A DNA stretch of 64,000 bases from Octopus sinensis (GCF_006345805.1 NC_043016.1:29450001-29514000); one strand, 5' to 3'. Shown: positions 10,957-22,769, numbered from the stretch's first letter. A program made the numbers and translations. Notes: a model not told the origin generated them from the letters alone.

Positions 10957-13604
10957 TGTTCTTTGTCTTCTTTTCACTTTAGTAATTTTTGCTCACGAAC
11001 ATTATACAAAAATTTATTCTAAGTTGGGCTTTTTTTTTTCATCGCTGTATCAAATCAGAAATATGTGAAATTAAATAAAATAAAAAATTAAATAATATAA
11101 AGCTATTCGTCTTAACTCGTTTGAAATCGGAGATTTTTTTTTCCCCAATATAATAATTTATCAGATTGTATCTTTATATAAATTATATTCCAGGAAACTG
11201 ATTCTATTTTCATCGAAGATCTGTTTATGATGTGTTGTAACGATTTTCACACTATAAGGAACTTATTTAAAATATTCTGATTATGTGTCTTTATCACGAG
11301 GCTCTTAAAATTCCACGTTTTTGCTCAGCCCAGACCTGTCTGTGGTGGTGGTACGCTGCTGCCGCCGCCACCACATCTGCACCTACCCATGATCATAATA
11401 ATGTTTGTGAACAGCTTCAAACTATATTAAATTCAGTCTTAGCTGTCTCGTCTACGTGTTTGCTGGCTGTCATCTATTTCTTCAATTTTCTATCATCTTT
11501 ATGGACGAGAAAGTTGTTGGTGCTCAAAAACATTAACGGAAGTTGTCATATATGTATATCCTGTTAGAAATTAATCTTAGTACCTCTTCCCGCCAAGAAT
11601 TGGTGGGGGCCCACCTACCTATATGCTAATTGTTAAATAACTTCTTCATCACAGAACAAGGATAATATAGTGAATCTTTTTATTATTATTATTATTGAGA
11701 AAAACAAAGACTTTAAAAGATTAAGTCCAGTTACCCTGTTAAATGCAATATCACTACTTACTGTTTACATTTGTGAGTATGATCTAATTTGTTTCCTATT
11801 AGAGTTGTTTAGATAAAAAGAATTCAATTGTATTTTTTAAAACTTTAACAATTACATTTATAGATTATTAGATAGCCTCTTTCTTAAATTTATATATGAT
11901 TTTGCTATTACAGCTAAAGAAATGTGTGCTTTTGATACATACCCTTTGGTCGATTATTCCTTTCTAACTGATTTACCTCTCTTTTTTTCCTAACTTATCT
12001 TTTCTTCGTCTCAATATATTTCAACATAAAAGCCATTTTATAAATACTGGATCGGTGACCTTCCTTTCGATTAGAATTTTATCTTGTATCAAGGTCAAGT
12101 CTCCTCATACATGTAGAAAATAACCTAAAACTAATATTTAGTAGCCCCTTTATATATTTTCGTTATTTTCAATGTATTCCCCGTAAGAACGTACTTAACT
12201 CCAAAGATTGTTTCCCCCTTTATTTTTTTTTTAGTTATATTATTCCGTTCCTTATATTTGTACACGTGGTTAACAGTCATTTTGCTTATATAGTTACATA
12301 GTAGTATTTAATAGTCTTGTAAGATAAAGCTTGTTAATTTATTACAAGGTCCAATATGTTTTTATTGAACCAATTATCTTTAATTGAGTAAACTGTTTTC
12401 GCATCGAAAACTTTATAGGGGACATAACTGATTTTTGGGAAATGTTGTTTATAAATGGACGTTCGTTTATAAAATATCCGGCTTATATAAACACGTATGG
12501 CGATTTCTATGTTAAATAGCAAATCAACTTGTGATAATTATATATAAAAAAAAATTAGGTTAGGAGATCTGTGAATTTTAAATTCTTCTGCTTGCTGCTC
12601 GCGAAATCGACTCTTTGTAATCTCATTTTGAAAAAGATTACCATAGCCCATCTATCGTATTTTTCATCGTGTGTACGGGTATTTTTTAAATTTTTTACCC
12701 GGAATGTGGTTCTACAGTGGAAACGTACATATTGTGGTTGTATGTGCTGTGAGAATATCAAATTAATAATAATAATATCTAAATAATGGCTAAACTGGCA
12801 ATATGACCATTCCGAAATATAACAATAAATAATATCACCTTTGGAAGAAATGTGTTGGTTTTAAATATAGGTATTGAAGTTGCAATCGTTATTAAACATT
12901 ACCGAAAATTATGATAAAATTTCTGAAGACAAATTCCTATATGATAAATTGAGGATTTTTTTTAAAGCTTTAGATGAAGTGAAGAGGAAGCAAGACCGAT
13001 TTAATTGGTTGCTTATTAGAAGTTTGTTTAAAATGTTAACGTAATTCACAAAGTTCTCTCGATAAATGTAATCGCTGTTTGATCATAGTCAAATAATAAT
13101 CCAGTAATTCAGGTTCTTTAATTTTCTGTCTAAAAAATTATAAAAGTTATCGGAACAAAGTTGTGTGGATAATTTACAAGATCTCTTAAATTTGACGGTG
13201 GTCTTCAAATATGAAAGGTGGTAAAAGGCCCCCTTACCCCCCCACCCCACCAACAACTTGCACGTCAAGTCATAATGTTTCTTATATAGTTGACAGTGGT
13301 GATAAATTTCGATTATTTTGTGATAGTGGGATATATAAAAATTTATATGTGTGTATGTGTATATATATGTTGTTTTGGTTTGCGTCCTTTGCTTACATTT
13401 ATCTCTCTTTTTAACAGGTGAATTAATTCAAAACTAATGATTTGAAATATCAAATAATAACAATCAGCAAGAAATAGCGTTAAACGCCTTCTGTAATATG
13501 TAGTATTGAGAGTTAAGCAATTGCTATACATGGAAAATAGTGACTTAACAGGGAAAGCTGGCCATAAAAAATAACGGATTCTCTTTGAAAATATTTTTTA
13601 TAAA

Positions 13605-16600
13605 ATGGAAATATCTGGAAACAACCTTCCTCAGTCAATAAATCCAGATACAATTCAAACTCAAGATGGTAGTATTCAAATTCCATCAACCCATGTTGGA
13701 TCACTCACATCTGAATCTCATGCAGTAACTGATGTGGATATCATTTCTGGGACCTCTCTTAGTTCTGTTCCTGGTGCCATAGTTACATCGGCTGGTGTTC
13801 AGCAAACGCAAACTGTTCTTGTCTCACCAGAGTTATTCACTACATTACCCCAAGTGCAGCCAACGTCAGAAGGTATAGAAACGACTGAAGTTACTAGTAC
13901 CACACTTGGTGGAGTTACTTATGCTTTTATCAAAGGTTTGGATAGTAGTCTTGGTAGTCAGGCAACATGTATCACTACACCAAAATCCATACTCACAGGA
14001 CAGTCTGGTGGTATGGATGTAGAGTTGATCCCTGTAGATAATGTAGCCCTTCAAGTGATGGCTGTTGAAACTAAATCTAATGATAAAGAAAAAGACCAAG
14101 ATAAAGATGATGGCTCATCCATCAAACACCAAATGATACAGCATGCTGTTCTTGTTCAAGATCCTAATAGTCAAATCTCTTCTCTGACTGGCAAAGATAC
14201 AGAGTTTATGACCACTTCTGGTAATGTTAGTTTATCTGTAAACAACACCTATGTTTGCGAAGATGGTAGTACACTTGATAGCACACCAATACAAATAACT
14301 TCAAAAGATTCAAAGATGGAAGAGAAAAATCCTGCTTTAGAAGCAGCCATTCAAGAAACTTACTTTCAACTGGACCATAACATGCTAAAATCTAGTGGTG
14401 TTGACCTGAATAAAGCAACATTGCAAGCATCTGCTGATGGTGCACAGTTCTTTGTCATTGACTTGAGTGAAACTGAAGTTCAGAATTCCATTCCAATGGA
14501 AATAGAAACTGAACAAATAATCAAGGAGGAAACTGTAAGTATCGATTCATCAGCAATGAATATTGACTCAAATAATGATGAGACCAATGAAGTGCCTACT
14601 GAGTCATCACCTTATTATGTTGTTCAGCATGTGACAAAAACGGATTCAGATCAACCAGAAAAGTATTTTCCAATTAAGCAGTTACCAGCAGATTTAAAAG
14701 GCTTGGTGTCTCTTTCTCCTGATATTAAGTCTAAAGAAACACCAGTAGCTATTTCCTTGCAAAAAGATTTGGAGACAATGCAAAAATCAGTGGCAAAAGA
14801 AGGAGATGTGCTTTCAGTTGACCCAAAAGCTTCTAGTAATGAATTGCTTATCACCAATATCCAAGGGGGACATGAGGTAATAATGGTTGATATTGGTAGT
14901 GCAGCATCTATTGTTACTGAGACAATAAAAACCTCTACTGATGCAGACCTTGAGGGAACCGAGCAAAAAGACAATAATCAACAATATGTATTTGATGTTG
15001 TTGGTTCCGAAGAACAGTCAGCAGGCAATTTATTAACAGCTAAATCTGGCTCTACTCTTTTGACAACCACTTCAACTGTGACCAGTACTCTTGGATCAAC
15101 AACCACAACATCCATTAATACACAGGCTGCTTCCAAATTTAGAGATGCTGGTCAGCAAACTGAGAAATCTCGGCAAGCAGCTGAACAAAAACAATCTGTA
15201 CTATCAGCAACATTGCCGCCAAAGCAGACTGTAGTCTCACAAGCTGTATCTCAAGCTAAGCAAGTTCAGGTTCAGTCTACATCTCCTTCAAATCCAGTTG
15301 TATCTTCTCAGCATGTTCAGCTTATTAATAAACAAGCTGGACAGTCTACATCCGCTTCTACACCATCTACAATTAACACCTCTAAACAGATGCAGGTAAC
15401 ATCTCAATTGCCAACAAAACAGACATTTGTATTTGCTCCAAAACCAGCTCAGGTGGCACAAACCTCATTACTGAAACAGGCACAAACAACTCAGCAAACT
15501 TTGCTTAAACAACCAGTAACAAGTGCATCTTTGCCGAAATTGGACCAATCCCAGCAAAGTACAGTTTCTAAGTTGGTTACAACACAGCCAATCACTTATA
15601 CTCAGGCTAAACAATCTTCTCAGCTCCAGTCAGCAGTTACTCCTTCTAAACTTGTACCTTCCAAAGTATCACTAATATCTGCACCTAGACCATCGACTGT
15701 AAGTCCACAGACAATAACAATAAAACAGCCACAAGCTCAACAGGTTTCTTTGCAACAGATGGCTTCGATGTCTAAAACAGGGCAGTCCTTACTTCAGCCG
15801 TCACAAGAAGCTCAAGTACAATCGTCTGTAAAGACCACGCCTGTGCAGTTGAAGCAAACAGTTACTCAGCCAATAACACTTCCACAATCTAAACAAATTG
15901 TACTACAATCATCCACCACATCTCCACAGAAACAGACTCAACCCCAACAGATTACTACATGGCAAGTCCAATCGCCAGTATCAAAACCAGCACAGTCGGT
16001 ACAAGTTAAACCAGGTCTCCAAGTTTTACAGCCAAAACCCATTCAGCGTTTACAACCAAAAGAAGGAGTGCAAGCACAAGCTAGCATACTGCAACAACAG
16101 CAACAGCCTAAGCAAATAGCAAAATCTCCAACAACACAAGTGCAAATGACTTCTACACAACAGTTGTCGGCTAAAACTACGACTGCACAACCAGTAACAA
16201 AACAAATTATTGTACAACAGTCTCCGAAAACAGTTACAGTGCAACAGCAGCAATCCACTAAACCAATTACTGTACAACAACAACAGCAGCAGTCCCCTAA
16301 AACAGTTACTATACAGCAGCAGCCTTCTAAACCAGTAACACTACAACAGCAGCAGCCTTCTAAACCAGTTACAGTACAACAACAGCAGCCTTCTAAAACA
16401 GTTACTATACAGCAACAGCAGCCTTCTAAGCCAGTTACAGTACAGCAGCAGCTTTCTAAACCAGGTACAGTGCAACAAGCTACAAAGTCAATTATAATAC
16501 AACAACCAGCCAAATTGGTCTCAGCACAACAGCAGCCAGTAAAATCAGTTACAATACAGCAGCAAGTACCAGTAAAATCAACAGCTGTTCAACAACAGCA

Positions 16601-19600
16601 GCCTACTAAAACAATTTCAGTGCAACAGCAATCTGAAAAGCCAGCAGTGGTGCTACAGCAACCGGCCAAGTCTGTTACTCTTGTACAGCAACCTGCAAAA
16701 TCTGTGACTTTGGTACAGCAACCGCCTTTAAAAGTAACATCCTTGCAACAACAGCAGCAAACCACAAAGTCTGTAACCGTGCAACAGCAAACTGTAAAGT
16801 CAACAACTTTGTCTCAGTCAGAGCCAGGTAAAACAACTGTAACACAACTGCCAGTTAAGGCTGTTGTCTCACCACAGACGCAAAAACCTATTGTTGTGCA
16901 AGTGCAAAAGCCAGTTCAAACAACACAGGCAGCAGTGACCCAAGTTTCATCACAACAAACATTGAAGCCATCGCAGCCTGCTGTCACTACTTTAGTTTCT
17001 ATTCCGTCACAGCAACAATTACCAAAAACTGTAACTGAAACACTTGTTGGTCAGCAGCAATCAGCAAAATCAGTTAATGTTCAGCAGTTAGTTAGTCAAC
17101 AAGAACCTATTATTCAGAAGCAGGTGATGTCAGCTGCATCTACATTACAACAACCACAGTCTAAAATCTTATCTGTCACTCAACCAGCCTCCACGCAACC
17201 TAGTACGGTACAACAGCAAACCTCAAGACTACATGAAAGTGTGCCAAAAGGCCAAACTCCAGAATCAAAAATATTCTCAGATGTTAAATCTAAAGATCAA
17301 CAGCAATCCTCCACTGCACAATCACAACAGCTTAAAAGTATGAGATCATTGGTAGTGCAACCAGGGAAAGCTCCAGAAACTGTACAAAAGGAAAAATCTT
17401 TAGGAACAGAAACAAAAAGGACAGAAGCAGTGTTGAACACTGTAAAGAAAGCAATGGTATCACAAGAAGTGGGGAAGAAACCAGAACATGTGCAAGATGT
17501 TCAGAAACAGACAGAATCATTACAGAAGGCTAGTAAGGAATCAGGCACACCACCTGTGAGTGTTAGAAGAACAGAAATACCACAGGAAGCTGGGAAGAAA
17601 GCAGAGCATTTGCAAGATACTGCAAAGAAAATAGACCTTTCCAAAGATGTTGCAAAGAAAGTGGAACTGTCAAAAGAGGCTGCAAAGAAGATGGAATCAT
17701 CAAATGAGGCTGCGAGAAAAGTGGAGCCACCAAAAGATGTTGGGAAGAAGGTGGAATTGCCAAAAGATGCAAAGAAAGTTGAACCACAAAAAGACGTTCC
17801 AAAGAAGGTTGAACCACCAAAAGATGTTGCAAAGAAGGTAGAGCCACCAAAAGATGTTCCAAAGAAAGTGGAACCACCAAAAGATGTTGCAAAGAAGGTA
17901 GAACTTTCAAAAGATGTTCCAAAGAGGGTTGAACCACCAAAAGATGTTGGAAAGAAGGTAGAAATGCCAAAAGAGGTTGCAAAGAAGGTGGAGCCTCCAA
18001 AAGTAGAAGTACTAAAAGATACTGCGAAGAAGATGGAAGTGTCAAGAGATGCTGCCAACAAAGTAGAACCATCAAAGGATGCCACAAAGAAAGTGGAACC
18101 ACCAAAAGATGCTGCAAAGAAGGTGGAACCACCAAAAGATGCTGCAAAGAAAGTAGAACCACCAAAAGATGCAGCAAAGAAGGTAGAGCCACCAAAAGAT
18201 GCAGCAAAGAAGGTAGAGCCACCAAAAGATGCAGCAAAGAAGGTAGAGCCACCAAAAGATGCAGTAAAGAAGGTGGAACCTCCAAAAGATGTTCCAAAGA
18301 AGGTAGAACCACCAAAAGATGCTGCAAAGAAGGCAGAATCACCAAAAGATGCAGCAAAGAAGGTAGAGCCACCAAAAGATGCTGCAAAAAAGACAGAACC
18401 ACCGAAAGATGCTGCAAAGAAGGTAGAGCCACCAAAAGATGCTGCAAAGAAGGCAGAACCACCAAAAGATGCCACAAAGAAAGTGGAACCACCAAAAGAT
18501 GTTACAAAGAAAGTGGAACCATCAAAAGATGCTGCAAAGAAAGTGGAACCTTCAAAGGATGTTGGAAAAAGGGTAGAGCCACCAAAAGATGCTGTAAAGA
18601 AAGTGGAATCACCAAAAGATGCTGCAAAGAAGGTAGAACCATCGAAAGAGCTTGGAAAAAAGACAGAGTCGCCAAAAGATGCTGCAAAAAGAGCTGAACC
18701 TATTAAAGATGCTGGGAAAAAGGTAGAAAGTGCGAAGGATGCTGCAAAAAAGGCAGAGGTACAAAAAGATATTGGGAAGAGAGCAGAACCTGTGAAAAAG
18801 GTGGAGTCACCAAAAGATGCTCAGAAAGTAAAAGATGTTGGAAGAAAAGAAGTATCAAAAGATACTGGGAAAAAGACAGAATTTGCCAAAGATGTTGAGA
18901 AGACAGAATCACCGAAGAAAGTGGAGGTGTCTCAGGAAACTGTAAAGAAGGCAGAATCTTTGAAAGAAGCAGCTGGGAAGAAAGCAGAAACAACAAAGGA
19001 GACTAATCAGCAAAGTTCTATGACAAAAACTGTCGGGGAATTAAAATCTATATCTATTAATAAACCAAAAGAAGATGCAGCTGTAGCTGGCCAGACGCAG
19101 ACAGTGAAGGTACAAGTACCAATGACCAGTATTTTAAAACAAGTAGGGGAAACTAACAAGGAAGTGCAACAAGTTGAACCACCTCAAAAGATGCAGAAGT
19201 TTGACTCTCCAAAATACCAGTTAAAGTCCTCCACCACCAGTGCTGCAGGACATCATTTAGGAGTTGTCAGCATTCCAGAAATGACTGTTACTACACAAGC
19301 GAATCAAGCAGTTGTTGGTACTCTAGAAAGTCAAGTGGAGGTTGTGAGTACTCCAAGTAACCAAGTAGAGATTGTCAGTACTCCAAGTAACCAAGTAGAG
19401 ATTGTCAGTACTCCAAGTAACCAGGTAGAGATTGTTAGTACTCCGAGTAATCAAATAGAAGTTGTGAGCACCCCGGAAAATAAAGTAGAAGTTGTTGGTG
19501 CGTCAGGGAACCAATTACAAGTTTTTGGAACTCAAATGAGTCAACTGGAAGTTGTTGGAGCTTCTGGAAATCAGTTGACAGTTGTCAGTACTTCAGGGAA

Positions 19601-22600
19601 TCAACTGGCACTTGTTAGTACCCCTAGCAACCAACTAGAAACATTTAGTATTTCAGAACAGCAGCTTCAGGTTGTTGCTGGTGGGGAGACTCTATTGCAA
19701 ACAGTTAACAGTGGAGAGCAGCCACTAGAAGCATTGGATGGCCAGACACAACAGCAACAACTAGAGGCAGTAGTTTTACAAGATCAGGGAACACTTAGTA
19801 TACAACAATTAGCAGCCAGTCAACAAGCTGTAACTGAACAGCAAGACGATGTACAGATTATTGAGTGTGCAACTCCAGATTTGACTGGGAACAAAGGACA
19901 AACAGAAGCAGCAACTCCAAGACGTAGAGGTAGGCCACCTAAGTCTACTACTCCAGCAGCATCTCAGGCCACTAAAAGCACAGATAGTGAGTTTGAAACT
20001 CCAAAATCCAGTAACCGATCTTTACGTGTTCGGAGCAAAGAAACCAGTGGTGATGAATCAGAGCCTAGTGCTACAAAAGAAACCAAACAAACAAAGAGAA
20101 AGTCTTCCAAAGAAACTGATTTATCCGAAGACGCTGAACAAAGTGTTGATAGTGCAGGGGAATCTAAGAATGAATCTACTTTAAAACGAAAGCGAGGTAG
20201 GCCTCGGAAAGATGATCCTCCTAAGAAAGCAGAAAAAGCAACCACTGAAAAACACGACACGCCTTCTTCAAGTCAAAAGAGAGGTCGTCCAAGAAAAGAT
20301 TCATTAGAAAAGAATTATGATGTTGATTCTCCAGAAGGACGAGCTAAACGTCAGAAGATTAGCAATGAAGAAGAGGAGGAGGACGAAGAAGAAGGTAGGC
20401 GCCGTTCTGGCAGAATAAAGAAAGGTCAGGAAGAAAAGTCACAGAAAAAGTCCTCTCCTGAAACATCTACTAAGAAAAAGGAAAAATTATCTTCAAAGGG
20501 CAAGGACGCAGCAAAAGAATCACCGAATGTGTCAAAGAAAGCTGAAGATACTCTGCCACGTCGTGGTAGACCAAAAAGTAAGGAAACACCAAAATCTGCA
20601 AAGAAAGATGCTGAGAGTATTGAAGTAGCTGAGAAATCTTCAGGTCGCCGATCAAAGGCAGCGAGTGAGAAAGATGGTGAGCCAGTTGCTAGCACTTCTG
20701 GAATTAAGTATGTCAGGAAGCGTAAGGCTGAATTTGATGACGATGAGGTGCCTTCAGAAGAAAGTGATGAAGCTGTTAGTGAATTATCAAGAATTGATCT
20801 TCCATCTAAAGTTTCTATGGCTTCGCCAAAAAAGAAAGCAAGGTATTTTGAAGATACTGCTGTAGGTACAAGTACAATTTATGATGATAGTGAAGATGAT
20901 GATGTTGACGAAGATGAAGAGGAGGAAGAGGAGATTGAAGAAGTTGAGGAAGACGACGAGGATGATGACGAAAGTGATGAATATATAGGAACTGTTATCA
21001 CTTCTCCTAGAAGTAAAACCATGTCGTATTCTCATATTAAAAGTAGTAATGAATCCATGCGAGACATGAAACAGGAGCCTCTTGAAATGGAAGTAGAGGA
21101 CATGGAAGGGTATATTGAAGATAAAAATGACAATACTATTGAAGACAGAGATGATAGAGAGGAAATTTATGAGCTTGAAGAAGAATCTTTGTCAAGAATT
21201 ATCTGTGGAGATGATGGAGCAGTTCTCACTCCTATTAGAGTTCACAGGCGGAGACTTGATGACAAACAAGATGATATTTATAACATTGATCAAATTGATG
21301 AGGATGAGTTTTTGGCTGCAAAAAATGCTGCTATGCAAGACAAATCTCCAAGGACACCACAGACACCTCAGTTTGTTGAGGTTGAAACTGTTTTTGAATC
21401 TCCTGGTAGACGATCTGTACAAACACAGACAGATCCACGACTGAGAAAAAAGAAATTTGGACCACTTGGGCAAGAAGGTGAAATTGATGAAATAGATGCA
21501 GATGATGGAGATCTTTATAGAAGACGTCGCCGAAAGAAGGAAGAGTCAGATTTCAGTTTATTTGAAGATGAACCGAAGCGCAAGAGTGTTAAAAGAAACA
21601 CTGAAGAAGCTCTGAAATGTCCATTTTGCGATAAGGCCTTCATTGGTCTGGTAAAGCATATTAAGAGTAAACATCGCCATGAAGCAGATTATGATGAAGA
21701 AATGCGTAATGCAAAATGGAGAGAGCGTATCATGAAAGTTTCAACACAAGGTGGGGACGAAGCTGGTGAGACCTGTTCTGAATGTGGTAAGGTCACGAAA
21801 AATATGAAGCGCCATCAAGAACTTCACCAGCAAAACAGAATGCAAAGCGCTTGTCCAATTTGTGGAAAGGTAGTCTTAAGAACAGGAATCAGCTCTCACA
21901 TGCGCACTGTTCATTCTGGAAGAAAGCCTTATAAATGTCCTCATTGTGATTATTCATCAGCATTCCGTGGAAATCTTAACACTCATATTAAAGGTATGCA
22001 TTTGCACACTCGTCAATATCTCTGTGACGTATGCAAAGCTGCATTCAAAACTTTAGGTGCTCTTATTGGGCATACGAAACGAGTACATGAAGGTTGGAAA
22101 TCTCCTAATCAAAAAATTTTCATTTGCTCTGTCTGTGAGAAAAGGTTTACAAAGAAGTACCATGTTGACCGGCACATGCTTATACATACAGGAGAAAAAC
22201 CACACAAGTGCACTGATTGTGGCCGCTGCTTCAATAATAAGTCGAACCTTATGTCTCATATTCAATTAGTGCATAAGAAATTATCACCTTATCAATGTGA
22301 TATGTGCCAGGAGACTTTTAAACGTAAGAAATTATTGCTTGAACATATTGGAAAAGTTCACGTAGCTGCTGGAGAAATGGCTCCACTGATTAAAGACGAA
22401 GATGATGATGATGATGAGGATGAAATGTTAGATGATGGTATGGATGATGAGGAGATTGATGACATGAGAAAAGTAACCGAATTAGTACAATCTCAAGCAG
22501 TATATGCTACAGTAACTGATGGTTCAGTTGCTGAAGGAACTTATACTGCTGTTGTCACTGATGCAGCACACGAACTTAACAATCAGACAATAACTACATT

Positions 22601-22769
22601 ACAAACAGAGGGTGGACAAGAGACCATTATTATTGTGCATACAGCTAACCCAGAAGAAGTTGCTCATGCTATCGTTGAACAGGGAGATGGAACAGTGCAA
22701 TACGAAACATCTGGTCAAACTATCACTGGAACAACTGCAGCTGAATTATTTTCTCAAATGCAGTCTTAA
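13605..22769 (+). CDS. 3054-aa AT-hook / C2H2 zinc-finger protein with long low-complexity and decapeptide-repeat regions
   Basis: Open 9165-bp ORF. Eight C2H2 fingers at 21618-22361 (linkers SGRKPY, TGEKPH); AT-hooks RRRGRPPK, KRKRGRPRK, KRGRPRK and RRGRPK (19920-20580); D/E tracts; basic NLS-like SPKKKAR and RRRRRKK. Confidence 0.95.
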   Translation: MEISGNNLPQSINPDTIQTQDGSIQIPSTHVGSLTSESHAVTDVDIISGTSLSSVPGAIVTSAGVQQTQTVLVSPELFTTLPQVQPTSEGIETTEVTSTTLGGVTYAFIKGLDSSLGSQATCITTPKSILTGQSGGMDVELIPVDNVALQVMAVETKSNDKEKDQDKDDGSSIKHQMIQHAVLVQDPNSQISSLTGKDTEFMTTSGNVSLSVNNTYVCEDGSTLDSTPIQITSKDSKMEEKNPALEAAIQETYFQLDHNMLKSSGVDLNKATLQASADGAQFFVIDLSETEVQNSIPMEIETEQIIKEETVSIDSSAMNIDSNNDETNEVPTESSPYYVVQHVTKTDSDQPEKYFPIKQLPADLKGLVSLSPDIKSKETPVAISLQKDLETMQKSVAKEGDVLSVDPKASSNELLITNIQGGHEVIMVDIGSAASIVTETIKTSTDADLEGTEQKDNNQQYVFDVVGSEEQSAGNLLTAKSGSTLLTTTSTVTSTLGSTTTTSINTQAASKFRDAGQQTEKSRQAAEQKQSVLSATLPPKQTVVSQAVSQAKQVQVQSTSPSNPVVSSQHVQLINKQAGQSTSASTPSTINTSKQMQVTSQLPTKQTFVFAPKPAQVAQTSLLKQAQTTQQTLLKQPVTSASLPKLDQSQQSTVSKLVTTQPITYTQAKQSSQLQSAVTPSKLVPSKVSLISAPRPSTVSPQTITIKQPQAQQVSLQQMASMSKTGQSLLQPSQEAQVQSSVKTTPVQLKQTVTQPITLPQSKQIVLQSSTTSPQKQTQPQQITTWQVQSPVSKPAQSVQVKPGLQVLQPKPIQRLQPKEGVQAQASILQQQQQPKQIAKSPTTQVQMTSTQQLSAKTTTAQPVTKQIIVQQSPKTVTVQQQQSTKPITVQQQQQQSPKTVTIQQQPSKPVTLQQQQPSKPVTVQQQQPSKTVTIQQQQPSKPVTVQQQLSKPGTVQQATKSIIIQQPAKLVSAQQQPVKSVTIQQQVPVKSTAVQQQQPTKTISVQQQSEKPAVVLQQPAKSVTLVQQPAKSVTLVQQPPLKVTSLQQQQQTTKSVTVQQQTVKSTTLSQSEPGKTTVTQLPVKAVVSPQTQKPIVVQVQKPVQTTQAAVTQVSSQQTLKPSQPAVTTLVSIPSQQQLPKTVTETLVGQQQSAKSVNVQQLVSQQEPIIQKQVMSAASTLQQPQSKILSVTQPASTQPSTVQQQTSRLHESVPKGQTPESKIFSDVKSKDQQQSSTAQSQQLKSMRSLVVQPGKAPETVQKEKSLGTETKRTEAVLNTVKKAMVSQEVGKKPEHVQDVQKQTESLQKASKESGTPPVSVRRTEIPQEAGKKAEHLQDTAKKIDLSKDVAKKVELSKEAAKKMESSNEAARKVEPPKDVGKKVELPKDAKKVEPQKDVPKKVEPPKDVAKKVEPPKDVPKKVEPPKDVAKKVELSKDVPKRVEPPKDVGKKVEMPKEVAKKVEPPKVEVLKDTAKKMEVSRDAANKVEPSKDATKKVEPPKDAAKKVEPPKDAAKKVEPPKDAAKKVEPPKDAAKKVEPPKDAAKKVEPPKDAVKKVEPPKDVPKKVEPPKDAAKKAESPKDAAKKVEPPKDAAKKTEPPKDAAKKVEPPKDAAKKAEPPKDATKKVEPPKDVTKKVEPSKDAAKKVEPSKDVGKRVEPPKDAVKKVESPKDAAKKVEPSKELGKKTESPKDAAKRAEPIKDAGKKVESAKDAAKKAEVQKDIGKRAEPVKKVESPKDAQKVKDVGRKEVSKDTGKKTEFAKDVEKTESPKKVEVSQETVKKAESLKEAAGKKAETTKETNQQSSMTKTVGELKSISINKPKEDAAVAGQTQTVKVQVPMTSILKQVGETNKEVQQVEPPQKMQKFDSPKYQLKSSTTSAAGHHLGVVSIPEMTVTTQANQAVVGTLESQVEVVSTPSNQVEIVSTPSNQVEIVSTPSNQVEIVSTPSNQIEVVSTPENKVEVVGASGNQLQVFGTQMSQLEVVGASGNQLTVVSTSGNQLALVSTPSNQLETFSISEQQLQVVAGGETLLQTVNSGEQPLEALDGQTQQQQLEAVVLQDQGTLSIQQLAASQQAVTEQQDDVQIIECATPDLTGNKGQTEAATPRRRGRPPKSTTPAASQATKSTDSEFETPKSSNRSLRVRSKETSGDESEPSATKETKQTKRKSSKETDLSEDAEQSVDSAGESKNESTLKRKRGRPRKDDPPKKAEKATTEKHDTPSSSQKRGRPRKDSLEKNYDVDSPEGRAKRQKISNEEEEEDEEEGRRRSGRIKKGQEEKSQKKSSPETSTKKKEKLSSKGKDAAKESPNVSKKAEDTLPRRGRPKSKETPKSAKKDAESIEVAEKSSGRRSKAASEKDGEPVASTSGIKYVRKRKAEFDDDEVPSEESDEAVSELSRIDLPSKVSMASPKKKARYFEDTAVGTSTIYDDSEDDDVDEDEEEEEEIEEVEEDDEDDDESDEYIGTVITSPRSKTMSYSHIKSSNESMRDMKQEPLEMEVEDMEGYIEDKNDNTIEDRDDREEIYELEEESLSRIICGDDGAVLTPIRVHRRRLDDKQDDIYNIDQIDEDEFLAAKNAAMQDKSPRTPQTPQFVEVETVFESPGRRSVQTQTDPRLRKKKFGPLGQEGEIDEIDADDGDLYRRRRRKKEESDFSLFEDEPKRKSVKRNTEEALKCPFCDKAFIGLVKHIKSKHRHEADYDEEMRNAKWRERIMKVSTQGGDEAGETCSECGKVTKNMKRHQELHQQNRMQSACPICGKVVLRTGISSHMRTVHSGRKPYKCPHCDYSSAFRGNLNTHIKGMHLHTRQYLCDVCKAAFKTLGALIGHTKRVHEGWKSPNQKIFICSVCEKRFTKKYHVDRHMLIHTGEKPHKCTDCGRCFNNKSNLMSHIQLVHKKLSPYQCDMCQETFKRKKLLLEHIGKVHVAAGEMAPLIKDEDDDDDEDEMLDDGMDDEEIDDMRKVTELVQSQAVYATVTDGSVAEGTYTAVVTDAAHELNNQTITTLQTEGGQETIIIVHTANPEEVAHAIVEQGDGTVQYETSGQTITGTTAAELFSQMQS
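17590..18830 (+). repeat. Coding 30-bp minisatellite encoding about 40 KKVEPPKDAA-type units
   Basis: Repeated aagaaggtagagccaccaaaagatgctgca; most homogeneous at 18090-18490. Confidence 0.95.
19330..19650 (+). repeat. Coding 30-bp repeat encoding STPSNQVEIV-type units
   Basis: agtactccaagtaaccaagtagagattgtc repeated and decaying, about 10 units. Confidence 0.9.

Noticed and set aside
17501-18495. 324-aa and 310-aa antisense ORFs
   Set aside because: They are shadows of the stop-free 30-bp coding repeat on the plus strand.
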